NCBI RefSeq assembly: GCF_963921235.1
Contig: NC_086097.1
Location: 142,602,001-142,666,000 of the forward strand
From: Mobula hypostoma
Lineage: Eukaryota
DNA: 64,000 bases
Direction: 5' to 3'
The notes beneath the pieces are model-generated. The model did no database searches and was not told where the DNA came from. It saw nothing but the letters and a program-made list of their open reading frames with translations. Positions 1 through 11,925 of this stretch are shown piece after piece (position 1 is the first letter of the stretch; the number at the start of each line of letters is the position of its first letter). The translations under genes were made by a program, and so were the position numbers.

Positions 1-420
1 CTGGCAACTGAAGCTGCCCAGAATGGCTGGAAGACCAAGATTTCCCCTGTAGAAGTGGGATGCAGGGGATTCATTGCTGCATCTACGACCAGTCTATTGA
101 AGAAGATGGAGGTGAGGGGTCACTCCCTCCAACAAACAATCAAGGCCTTGTCAAACGCAGCAGAAGAAAGCAGTGACTGGATTTGGATTAAAAGGAAAGA
201 CAACAACTGGGTTGCAAGATGGAGGGTATGGAACTGAGGGGGGTGTATCTGCGATGCCAGGTAGCACCGTTGAGCCCTCTGGAGACATCGTGGGCTTATC
301 AACAAACCGTCAAAGAAGGAGGGTGCCCAGCTAAAGACCCCGATGACAGACCTACCTTCCTTGTCACCACTCCAAGCCCACTGCCAACATCGAGAGTGCC
401 GACTTACCATAGGGATCGAA
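1..420 (+). mobile_element. 3' end of an R2-group (HERO-like) non-LTR retrotransposon with restriction-like endonuclease C-terminus
   Basis: Frame 1 reads LATEAAQNGWKTKISPVEVGCRGFIAASTT...AAEESSDWIWIKRKD, the VEVGxRGF C-terminal motif of RLE-type LINEs, followed by a 3' UTR. The end coordinate is approximate. Confidence 0.7.
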
Positions 421-427
421 ACATCAA

Positions 428-654
428 GTCCTAGTAGCTCTACTGTAGTTGTGCTTATTGTTAGACCAGTCAAGTCGTCTCGGCTGTATGTGGAGGTGTT
501 GAAGCAGGTAAGCAGAATTCAGCGGGTCATTTGAAAATCCTTTACCTATAATTCCAGCACTGCTGTCTATTCTTTAGCAGTTAGATTTTTCAATACCCAG
601 AAAACTTGAGTGGCCGTGTTCGTGACATGATGATTAATTATCAGATGCACAAAA
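428..654 (-). pseudogene. Endogenous viral element, paramyxovirus-like nucleoprotein (downstream fragment)
   Basis: Reads FVHLIINHHVTNTATQVFWVLKNLTAKE*TAVLEL*VKDFQMTR*ILL..., resembling the paramyxovirus N motif QVWxxxxKAxTAxxTAxxSExRRxxKYxQQ (recalled). It is in frame with the 1501-1948 fragment once the intervening LINE is removed. Confidence 0.55.
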
Positions 655-1500
655 TCAGAATCAGGTTTAATATCACCAATGTAGGTTGTGAAATTTGTTA
701 ACTTAGTGACAGCAGTACGATGCAATACATTAACAGTAAGTGTGTGTGTGTGTATATATTAGTTAAATTAAAAATAGTGCAAAAACAGAAAAGAAAGAGA
801 GGTAGTGTTCATGGGTTCAGTGTCCATTTAGGAATTGTATGGCAGAGGGGAAGAAGCTGTTTCTGAATCGTTGAAACATAGAAAACCTACAGCACGATAC
901 AGGCTCTTTGGCCCACAATGCTGTACTGAACATGTCCTTACCTTAGAAATTACCTAGGGTTACCCATAGCCCTCTATTTGTCTGAGCTCCATGTACCTGT
1001 CCAGGAGTCTCTTAAAAGACCCTAATGTATCCACCTCCACCACTGTCACCCCATTCCATGCACTCACCACTCTCTGCATTTAAAAAAAAACAACTTACCC
1101 CTGAAATCGCCTCTGTACCTACTTCCAAGCACCTTAAACCTGTGCTGTCTTGTGCTAGCCATTTCAGCCCTGAGAAAAAGTCTCTTGACTATCCACACAA
1201 TCAATGCCTCTTAGGCTTTGTACCTCCTTCCTGACAGTAACAAGGAGAAGAGGGTATGTTCCAGGTGATGGGGGGCCCTAAACTTTGGATGCCACCTTTC
1301 TGAGGCACCATTCCTTGAAGATATCTTGGATACTATGGAAGCTAGAACCCGTGATGGAATTGACTCGTTTTTACAACTTTCTGAAGCTTCTTATGGTCCT
1401 GTGCAGCATCACCAAACAGTGATGCAGTTTGTCAGAATGCTTGCCGCAGTACATCTATAGAAGTTTGAGTGTTTTAGGTGACAAGCCAAATGTCCTCAAA
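655..1500 (-). mobile_element. Truncated Rex1/Babar-type LINE with a nested CR1 3' end (about 874-1210)
   Basis: Tail aatcagaatcaggtttaatatcacc at 653. The CR1 terminal motif gaaacatagaaaacctacagcac at 874 recurs at 49492 and in reverse orientation near 8090. Confidence 0.7.
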
Positions 1501-1948
1501 TAACATTTTAATATGTAAGCTGCCAACCCAGGTCCTGGGAGTAGATCTGTTATCTACTTGAGCTTCTCAATCTCTTTGCCACCGTTCAAACAAAGTGGGT
1601 TAGAACCAGTCTAGGACTGAGCTTTAGAATGTTGGCCTTTTAATTTCCCAGCCAATCCGAGCTTGCTTCTAATTAGTAGTTGGAATGTAGCCCTTTAATC
1701 ACTCTTATTAATGCGCCAGCTAGTCTGGAACTATTCTCTGGATTTGCAATTTTGATTAAGCAATTAAAAACATATTTTTTGTAGTTTGTAGCATCATTAG
1801 CATAGCCAGCTTTGAATTGCAATTGACCTTGAGAAGGTACAGGTGAATCACCAGCTTGAACTGCAGCAGTGTTTCTGGTGAAGGTCTCTGACAATGCCAC
1901 GGGTAGTGGAGCTCCAGTATTTAAACACACTGAAGCACTAGCAGTGTA
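1501..1948 (-). pseudogene. Endogenous viral element, paramyxovirus-like nucleoprotein (upstream fragment)
   Basis: Reads ...YKKYVFNCLIKIANPENSSRLAGALIRVIKGLHS/QLLIRSKLGLAGK...GSNPLCLNGGKEIEKLK*ITDLL, with one frameshift near 1682. It resembles recalled avulavirus N FCLRIAVSEDANKPLRQGALISLLCSHSQVMRNHVALAGK and morbillivirus N RLIGNPDVSGPKLTGALI. Confidence 0.55.
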
Positions 1949-2370
1949 CACTCAGTGGCCACTTTATTAGGTACTCGGGGATGCTTTTCTGCACAATACT
2001 GTTGGGACGTGTGGTTATCTGAGTTACTGTCTCATCCTTGTCAGCTTGAATCAGTCTGGCCACACCCCTCTGACCTTTCTCATTGGCAAGGCATCTTCGC
2101 TAAGAGAACTGCAGCTCACTTTTTTTGGGTTTCTGCAGCATTCTCTGTAAACTCTTGAGACTGCTGTGCATGAAAATCCCAGGAAATAAGCAGTTTCTAC
2201 GATACTCAGTTCATCCCATCTGGCACCAACAATCATTCCACAGTCAAAGTCACTTGGATCACATGTCTTCCCCATTATGTTTTCTGGTCTGAACAACTTG
2301 ACCATATCTACATGCTTTTGTGCATTGAGTTGCTGCCATGTGATTGGCTGATTAGATATTTGAATTAATA
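1949..2370 (-). mobile_element. Tc1-like DNA transposon remnant
   Basis: TA followed by terminal cactcagtggccactttattaggtac. The minus ORF 2051-2305 contains MGKTCDPSDFDCGMIVGAR...LGFSCTAVSRVYRE, a Tc1 N-terminal HTH. Confidence 0.75.
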
Positions 2371-3782
2371 AAATAGCCAGGTCATGTTAAGATGATAAAC
2401 GTCTTGGAAGAACTCTGCAGATGCTGTTAATCTCCGCTGCCCTTGTTCTTGGTGGTAGATTTACAGCTGGATTAGCGTAGGTGAGTAAGTGCAGTGCAGC
2501 CACGGTACATAGAATAAATATCTAAAATAGGGATGGAGTGTCAGCCAATCAGCTGTTTTGTTCTGGATACTGTTGAGCTATGAGTATTGTTGGACTCATC
2601 CAAACAATTGAAGCACATTTCATCATCCTGACTTGTGCCTTGTAGATTCTTGGAAGTATTTAGAGCATCTGGAGTTGCATTGTTCATTATTTGCCTCTAT
2701 TTGGAACTTGTCATTATCTGGCCCTTTGTGGTGCAAATGTTACTTGTCACTGACCAAGTGCTCTCTGAATTTTTTTCTTGGGTTTGAGGTAATCATCTTG
2801 CAACCATCAGTAACCACCTTTTATTTGTGCAAGACATTGGAATGCTCGACCTTGATGCTCATTGACTTTAGATCTAGCCAAGTTGACTTGACCAGGGTCA
2901 GCTGTCAACTGCATGTCAATGTCTGTGAAACTACGCTGCTGAGACTCCGACTGTCTTCCATTTGGCTCGAAGTGTTTGAACTTGTATAGTGTGCGTCTGT
3001 ATCTCCTTCAAAAGTTAACCCATCATTTGAAGAGATCTTGCGCTCTCTCTCATAGTATACAACAGATTATCAAATGAATTGGGTTTTTTCTATTGCTTTA
3101 CAAGTTTATTCCAAACAATGAAATAGTACTTGTCATAACATTTTTTAGCTTTTAAATTTTTGAATCTTCAAGGAAGAAGTACTGTGGGGAAGTAGTGGGG
3201 AAGATCAACCTTGGTTGAATTGAACAGCAGGGCAAGCTTGGTGGGGTAGGTGGTGGTAGTTGGATCCAGGGGCTTATTCCTGCTTGTGTTCTTAACTATT
3301 ATTCATTTCAATTTTCCATTTGTTCTACTTCCACAGTATAATTGGAAATAGAATTCTGGATCCCCCTGACCCATTATTATTATTTATAGCCCTCTGAGAT
3401 GATTGCTTATGCTCTTTTTAGCTGAAAAACCTCTGACAAGAGCTTTCTTGCTGTTCAAGTGACTGTTATTTCACGATTAAATCAAATTCAAACCACTTTA
3501 TAGTTTCATTGTTAACTTCATTTAAACTTCAGACCCATGTCTGAAGTTTAGCTTCCTGTGTATTCGGAGAAATCTGCAGTATAAATGAGGCCATTTAGGC
3601 CTTGGTGCTTGTAACATCTGTTTGAAAGAGTTTGTCCAAACAGCCCCTCTCCTCTGCTCTAACATCATAAATTTTAGTCCAGGAATTTTTTTTCCTTTCC
3701 AAGCATTTAGCTTCAAGAGTACTTTTGTTTCTGTTTCTATCATCTCAAATTATACAATTTAGTTTTCTTTCCTTGCCTCCAG

Positions 3783-4010
3783 CTGGCATGTTGACTTTCG
3801 CTACTGGAACTTCGCAGGCGCTGCATCCTCTCGGGTACCTTCCCTCATTATTTGGGTGACCACATACTGAATACACACGACTGACTACAGAATACCAATT
3901 GTTTTCTCATCCAACATCAATCTCAAAATCACACTGGAAACACACATCACGTTTGAGAGGGCTGGTTTCATAACATTGAACCACCGTGGTGCAGAAAACA
4001 TTTCCCACGG
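3783..4010 (+). other. Candidate non-coding or alternative exon upstream of the NRADD transmembrane exon
   Basis: Strong acceptor (ttttctttccttgcctccag) and donor (G|gtaaga). The segment is 228 nt, does not look like a repeat, and has stops in all three frames. Confidence 0.35.
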
Positions 4011-4579
4011 GTAAGAGAAAGACTACAGTCAATGTTATGCTAATTAATGACTTAACAGTAAGGTGGCAACTACCTCCTTGTTAGGGGAAGTAATCAAGTG
4101 ATGCTTCCTATGGTGTGGCATATCTAAATATACCTTGACATGCAGGTGACAGTTGACCCCAGTAAAGTCACCCTGCCAGATCAGATGGTTTTTAATTTTT
4201 GTAACAATTTATTTTAGCGATACAGCCTGGCATAGCCTTTCTGCCTCTTCAAGCTATGCTGCCCCTGCATCCCTTGTCAAATCCAGCCTATTCACGGGAC
4301 AATTTACAATGGCCCGTTAACCTACCTGGTATGTCTTTAGACTGAGAGGAAACCAGAGCACCCAGGGAAAACCCAAGAATTCCACAGGGAGGATGTACAG
4401 AGACTCCTTACAGAATGGCACCGGAATTGAACTCTGAATTTCGGAAAGCCCTGAGCTGTGATAACGTCATGCTAATTGCTACGCTGATTTCCCCATTTTA
4501 TGATGGGTTTGTGGGCCTATTTTAGTGATCTCAGCAATCCTAGGGAATTAGGAGCTCAGGAATTTGGGTCTTCATGTAT

Positions 4580-7500
4580 GTGATTCATTAAGCGTGTTCA
4601 GGAAGGTTTCCTGACACAATATGTGGATAAGCCTACAAGAGGAAAGGCTGTACTTGATCTGGTATTGGGAAATGAACCTGGTCAGGTGTCAGGTCTCCCA
4701 GTGGGAGAACATTTTGGAGATAGTGATCACAATTCTATCTCCTTTACCATAGCATTGGAGAGGGATAGGAACAGACAAGTTAGGAAAGTGTTTAATTGGA
4801 GTAAGGGGAAATAGGAGGCTATCGGGCAGGAGCTTGGAAGCATTAATTGGGAACAGATGTTCTCAGGGAAATGTACGTTAGAAATGTGGCAAATGGTCAG
4901 GGGATATTTGTGTGGCGTTCTGCATAGGTACGTTCCAATGAGACAGGGAAAGGATGGTAGGGTACAGGAACCATGGTGTGTACAAAGGCTGTTGAAAATC
5001 TAGGCAAGAAGAAAAGTTTACTAAAGGTTCAAAAAACTAGTTAATGGTAGAGATCTACAAGATTATAAGGCTAGCAGGAAGGAGCTTAAGAATGAAATTG
5101 GGAGAGCCAGAAGGGGCCATGAGAAGGCCTTGGTGAAGAGGATTAAGGAAAACCCCAAGGCATTCTACAAGTACATGAAGAGCAAGAGGATAAGACGTGA
5201 GAGAATAGGACCAATCAACTGTGACAGTGGAAAAGTTTGTATGGAACCGGAGGAGGAAGCGGAGGTACTTAATGAACACGTTACTTCAGTATTCACTACG
5301 GAAGAGCATCTTGGTGATTGTAGGGATGACTTACAGCAGATTGAAAAGCTTGAGTATATAGACATCAAGAACAAGGATGTGCTGAAGCTTTTGGAAAGCA
5401 TCAAGTTGGGTAAGTCTCTGGTACTGGATGAGATGTACTCCAGGCTACTGTGGGAGGCGAGGGAGGAGATTGTCGAGCCTGTGGCGATGATCTTTGCATC
5501 ATCAATGGGGACGGGAGAGGTTCCGGAGGATTGGAGGGTTGCAGATATTGTTCCCTTATTCCTACATTCCAACCTGGGCCTTAGCACTCAGATCTGCAGC
5601 TGGATCTTCAATTTCCTCACAGATAGGACCCAGGCTGTAAAAATAGGGGACAAGCTCTTCTCTACAATCACTCTGAGCACCGGTGCCCTACAAGACTGTG
5701 TACTCAGCCCCCTGCTGTACTCACTGTACACCCATGATTGTGTAGCCAAGTTTCCATCAAACTCAATATATAAGTTTGCTGATGACATAACAATTGTAGG
5801 CCGCTTCTCGGGTAATGATGAGTTTGAGTACAGAGAGAAAATTAAGAACCTGGTGGTATGGTGCGAAGACAGTAACCTATCCCTCAACGTCAGCAAGACA
5901 AAGGAATTGGTTGTCGACTTCAGAAGGAGTAGCGGACCACGGGACCCAATTTACATCGATGGTGCGCAAGTGGAACAGGTCAAAAGCTTTAACTTCCTCG
6001 GGGTCAATATCACAAATGACCTGACTTGGTCCAACCAAGCAGAGTTCGCTGCCAAGAAGGCCCACCAGCACCTTTACTTCCTGAGAAAACTAAAGAAATT
6101 TGGCCTGTCCCCTAAAACCCTCACTAATTTTTATAGATGCACCGTAGAAAGCATTCTTCTAGGGTGCATCACAACCTGGTATGGAAGTTGTCCTGTCCAA
6201 GACCGAAAGAAGCTGCAGAAGATTGTGAACACGGTGCAGCACATCACACAAACCAATCTTCCGTCCGTGGACTCACTTTACACCGCACGCTGTCCGAGCA
6301 GTGCTGAGAGGATAATCAAGGACACGACCCACCCAGCCAACAGATTTTTCGTCCCTCTTCCCTCCGGGAGAAGGTTCAGGAGCTTGAAGACTCGTATGGC
6401 CAGATTTGGGAACAGCTTCTTTCCAACTGTGATAAGACTGCTAAATGTATCCCGACCCGGATCCGGGCCGTACCCTCCAAATATCTGGACCTGCCTCTTG
6501 GTTTTTTTGCACTACCTTACTTTCCATTTTTCTATTTTCTATTTATGATTTTATAATTTAAATTTTTAATATTTACTAATTTAAACTATTTTTAATATCT
6601 TTAATATTTAATATTTGTAATCCAGGGAGTGTGAAGCGCAAAATCAAATATCGCTGTGGTGATTGTATGTTCTAGTACCAATTGTTTGGCGACAATAAAG
6701 TATAAAGTATTCAAGAAAGGGAGTAGAGATAGTCCAGGAAATTATAGACCAGTGAGTCTTACTTCAGTGGTTGGTAAGTTGATGGAGAAGATCCTGAGAG
6801 GCAGGATTTACAAACATTTGGAGAGGCATAACATGATTAGGAATAGTTAGCATGGCTTTGTCAAAGGCAGGTCGTGCCTTATGAGCCTGATTGAATTTTT
6901 TTTAAGGATGTGACTAAATACATTGAGGGTAGAGCAGTAAATGTAGTGTATATGGATTTCAGCAAGGCATTTGATAAGGTATTCCTTGCATGGCTTATTG
7001 AGAAAGTAAGGAGGCATGGGATCCAAGGGGACCTTGCTTTGTGGATCCAGAACTGGCTTTCCCACAGAAGGCAGAGAGTAGTTGTAGATGCTCCACAATT
7101 CAGCATGGAGCTCGGTGACCAGTGGTGTGCCTCAGGGATCTGTTCTGGGACCCCTTTTCGTGATTTTTATAAATGACCTGGATGAGGAAGTGGAGGGATA
7201 GGTTAGTAAATTTGCTGATGACACAAAGGTTGGGGGTGTTGTGGATAGTGTGGAGGGCTGTCAGAGGTTACAGTGAGATAATCAATAGGATGCAGAACTG
7301 GGCTGAGAATTGGCAGATGGAGTTCAACCCAGATAAGTGTGAAGTGGTAGGTCAAGTATGATGGCAGAATATAGTAATAATGGTAAGACTCTTGGCAGTG
7401 TGGAGGATCAGAGGGATCTTGGGGTCCAAGTCCACAGGATGCACAAAGCAGCTGCGCATGCTGACTCTGTGGTTAAGAAGGCGTACGGTTTATTGACTTT

Positions 7501-8112
7501 CATCAACCATGGAATTGAGTTCAAGAGCTGAGAGGTAATGTTACAGCTATATAGGACCCTGGTCAGACCCCACTTGGAGTACTGTGCTCAGTTCTGGTCA
7601 CCTCACTACAGGAAGGATGTGGAAACTATAGAAAGGGTGCAGAGGAGATTTACGAGGATGTTGCCTGGATTGGGGAGCATGCTTTATGAGAATAGGTTGA
7701 GTGAACTTGGCCTTTTCTCCTTGGAGCGGCGGAAGATGAGAGGTGACCTGACAGAGGTGTATAAGGTGATGGGAGGCATTGATCATGTGGATATTCAGAG
7801 GCTTTTTCCCAGGGCTGAAATGACTAACATGAGAGGGCACCGGTTTAAGGAGCTTGGAAGTAGGTACAGAGGAGATGTTACAGGTAAGTTTTTTTAAAAA
7901 TGCAGAGAGTGGTGAGTGCGTGGAATGGGCTGCCGGTGATGGTGGTGAAGGCGGATACGATAGGGTCTTTTAAGAGACTCTTGGATAGGAACATGGAGCA
8001 TAGAAAAATGGAGGGCTATGGGTAACCCTAAGTAATTTCTAAAGTAAGTACATGTTTAGCACAGCATTGTGGGCCGAAGGGCCTGTATTGTGTTGTAGGT
8101 TTTCTATGTTCC
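4580..8112 (+). mobile_element. CR1 LINE (decayed ORF2 and 3' end), interrupted by a Rex1 element
   Basis: ORF pieces DKPTRGKAVLDLVLGNE, PGNYRPVSLTSVVGK, VYMDFSKAFDKV and LVRPHLEYCAQFWSPHY, then a CR1 tail ending tttctatgttcc. Confidence 0.92.
5562..6707 (+). mobile_element. 5'-truncated Rex1/Babar LINE nested in CR1
   Basis: Reads [43 protein letters not shown]. It has a (taaagta) tail and a tattc duplication at 5557-5561 and 6708-6712 that splits the CR1 peptide VPLF|KKG. Confidence 0.9.
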
Positions 8113-11100
8113 TAAAAGGTAGCTCATGGCTTCAGAGGGTAGGGATAGGAAAGTAAGCAAGTGATTATTCAGTTGCCATTACCCTTGGTCATGTACAATG
8201 AAGGTAGTTGGCATAAACTTGTTTAAATATCTGAAATGTGATCTAATTAAGAGAATTAAAATGGCAGTCTTGGATACAGCTAAATTATTCCTACTGATAC
8301 AAAAATCAAGCTGAAGAGCGTAATCTCAAAATTCATGAGCAATAAATATGGGGCTCTGGAGAAATCAGTTCTCCACTGCTACCATAACAGGGCAGCAGGG
8401 TAAATTTGGTTACTTAGATTAGTTTTAGAATTTACAAAAAAAGTCCAATCAGTAACAATGACCAGAACTACCAGTTTGATTCAGCTAAAGCCAAAGGAAA
8501 TTGGCCATCCTTGCCTTGCCCGGGCTATTTGCGATGACAGACTACAGCATTTAGTCTGTCATCTTTTAATGGTCTTCTGTAAAGGCTCAATAATTTAACA
8601 TGACACATTCAATTGTAACAATTATCTGCATTACAACTTTGTATAGTAAAACTCAACAGGCAAGTAAGCTTCACTCTCAGTACTGTTTTTGGTTGGTTGC
8701 AAGTCATGATTATGTTGTGCTTAAACTGGGAGAGCTGACCCACATACTTGATAAGCAATGACCCCACTCATTGAATTAAAACTGTCATCTAATGTCCCAG
8801 CCTTCTCCAAGTTCCCTGGGTATACTATATCACACCAACAAGATGAGCCCACTGGGGCAAGTCTTACCGTGGTTGAGAGCTGTGGCCTGCCTTCAATATT
8901 ACTTCCATACCCCAAGTAATCTCATCCCATCAGGCCAAGCAGAGCCAAGGAATCATCCAGTTGATTACCACCTATCACCCTCCATCAATTGCTGTATCAA
9001 TTCTCAAGGCTGGAAATCACACTTCAACGGTTACTTTCATTCATTTATTTCATTACTTCAATGTGCACAAATGTCCCAAGTTTTACCAGAGTAAAGTTAG
9101 TGCTGAGCCACAAAAAGATAGATTTTATTTGTCACATGAACATCAGTGAAATGTGTCATTTGTGTCAGATTAAATCAACAATGATTATGCTAAGATCCAC
9201 GCTTCTCGTGCAAACAGCATGTCCACAATTTACTAATCCTAACCATAGTCTTTGGAATGTGGGACGAGCATACAAACTCCCTACAAACAGCGATGGGAAT
9301 CAGATTAAATGGCATGATAGGGCTTGAGTGGTTGAATTTTCTACTGTAATTTTTCGTATTTTACAGTTGGATGTTGATGGCCAGTAATGGCCAGATTTTG
9401 TTGGAGAAGACTTGGATAATGTTTGGATGTTTAAATTAACTGGAAGGGGACTGACGGGTGAAGAACTGCAAATTAGTTGTTATCTGCACTGCTCTGTATA
9501 TTCTATGACTGTAGGAGTGAGATGATGCAGGAAAACAGATTTCCCACATGGTTGCAAGTAAATTGCAGCACTAATGGAAAGACATGGCAGAAAACTTGAT
9601 TTGGGTCTTCTGCAAATTCTTTCCTGTACTGCTGCTATTTGGTTGCACCCAGATACAGTGGCACACTGGAGCAGCAGTTAGTGCTGCTTGCTTGCAGCTC
9701 CAGGGGCCTGGCTCAGTCCTGACCTCCAGTGCTGAGACTGCATGTTGTCTCTGAACAAATCGGCTTGCTCTGGTTCTCCCCCCACAACCTAGTGACTTGC
9801 TAGTAGCTGAATTTGCTACTGTAAATTAACCTACTCCAAGGGTAATGTTAAAAAGAATCAAATTGTCACATGAGAGGAAGAATTGTTAAATGGGTACAAA
9901 TAAACAATCACGGGCCTGCCTGTTGGATTGCTGTGCTGGGGAGCCAGCTTTGCCTGGTGGTCTGGCGTTGCTATAAATATGCTGACTTTCATTGCCTCTC
10001 TCCTTTCCATCCCTTGTTGCCAGAGCACAGCCTTGACCCCAAAATTAAGAAAGTTTATGATGCTAGAGAAAAAGGAGTTGGAACACCGATTCATCACTAT
10101 CAGCAACAGTGTAAATTGGCGGCAGGAAGCACGGTAAATTTAGATAGATATTTGGTGTGTGGCTGCTGTATTTCAATGAAGACCAGCACCTTAAAAAATG
10201 TCAGTTTAAGATACTACTATCTCAGTGTGAATACCAAGGGAAACCAACCGTATTACAGGTTGGTTCTGTCCCAATGGTTTTCAAGTAACCATTGGGACAG
10301 AAAGAGGTTATTTGGTCCATTGTCTCCAGTGATATACTGGTTTAATAAAGTTGTTATTGTCACTAGAATAGGCAAATAATCCAGTGTTGAGACTACACAG
10401 TACTCTTGTTCTTCAAGCAACTGTAGTTTACAGGCAAGATGCCATGCATGCTTCGTGCAAAACTACTTGAGGCTTAATTATCAAGCCAATCTGCTTTTAA
10501 CTTTGCAGTCCACCTCATTTTAGAGGCAGTGGGGGAGAGAGGGGCAGAAAGAAGGAGAACTGTTTTTGAAAGAAAGTCTGCAGGAGCTCATTGTGGAATG
10601 CACTGGTTGTCTGCATTCAGGACCTCAAGTTGAGTTTAATTTTCCTCTTAAGAAAAAAAGATCCTGCTTAATCATGGAGAGAGGATGTTTGTCATTTTCT
10701 GTCAGGCACACATTAATCTCCAGGCTCTGCCACAGATGCATCATCTGCAAAGATTTTATCTGAACTCATTTCCTCCTTAATTGCCTCTTCACTCCTATTG
10801 TGTGGGATTAAGGAATCTTAACTATTTACAGTGAAGCTTCACTGCCCTTTCTCTTTGTGGACTTTGATTCATTTTGTTTGTGTGTGGCTTTGGCCAAGGA
10901 CTTGTACATATGTTCTCTCCTTCCAAAAGCTTTGCTGAGGAGCACGCCCGTTGCCGTCATTTGTTTTCCCATTATTTTGTGTTGGCCTTGGTTCAAAGGA
11001 AAATGCACCGTCCCAGTGAGAAAGAAAGGGGGAGCAGTAAGCTGATGAAGACTGCACATAAGGCCACATTCACAGGTCCAGAGTGACATAGGAAGGGTGG

Positions 11101-11734
11101 AAGACCATGAGGCATAGGAACAGATTAAGCCATTCAGCCCAATGTAAAATGCTGCAGACTGTAGAATAGCACTGAAATCCAACTCTTCATTAATCTTTCC
11201 CTGTGATAGACTGAGCAATGTCTCCCTGTCATATAAGTGAGGAATCATAATGATGTTTGGTTTGGTGTATTGGGTCTTAATGCCTCTGGAAAAGTGAAGA
11301 TCAGTCGAAGGATTAGTTTAAGAGACTACTAGACAGACTAGACTACTAGGATCAGTTTAAGAGACTACTAGACAGGTATATGGAAGAATCTAAGGTGGGG
11401 GCTTATATGGGAGGCAGGGTTTGAGGGTCGGCACAACATTGTGGGCTGAAGGGCCTGTACTGTGCTGTACTATTCTATGTTCTATGGATCTGAATCCGTT
11501 AACTGAATTCGTGAATTGAGAAAGGATGGAGGTCAGGTATTTTGAGCCAAGTGCTACTACCCTCAATCAGAAGATGAAGCTCGGCTGTCTACAAGTTTCA
11601 GAGCTGTCGACTGTGTATTTGCCTCCTTAGATGTAGCCTGACTTGCTGAGTTCCTGCAGTATTTTGTGTGTGAAGCTGTGCTGTAATGGTTCCTGCCACA
11701 GAATTACTAAACAATGAATTATTAAGATGTAACA

Positions 11735-11925
11735 TACATCAAAGTTGCTGGTGAATGCAGCAGGCCAAGCAGCATCTATAGGAAGATGCAGTCCTGACGA
11801 AGGGTCTCGGCCTGAAACGTCGACTGCGCCTCTTCCTATAGATGCTGCTTGGCCTGCTGCGTTCACCAGCAACTTTGTATGTTGCTTGAATTTCCAGCAT
11901 CTGCAGAATTCCTGTTGTTTGCGTT
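11735..11925. mobile_element. Penelope-like element terminal fragment forming a long inverted repeat
   Basis: aaagttgctggtgaatgcagcaggccaagcagcatctataggaaga is inverted as tcttcctatagatgctgcttggcctgctgcgttcaccagcaacttt. The same family occurs at 34831-35695. Confidence 0.8.
11788..11827 (+). ncRNA. Minimal type I hammerhead ribozyme motif
   Basis: Stem I gcagtc/gactgc, core CTGACGA (11794-11800), stem II agg/cct, GAAA (11814-11817), then C-GTC with predicted cleavage after 11821. Confidence 0.7.

Noticed and set aside
9870..10379. 169-aa ORF as a gene or the missing NRADD ectodomain
   Set aside because: No TNFR cysteine spacing, no convincing splice sites and no recognisable domain.
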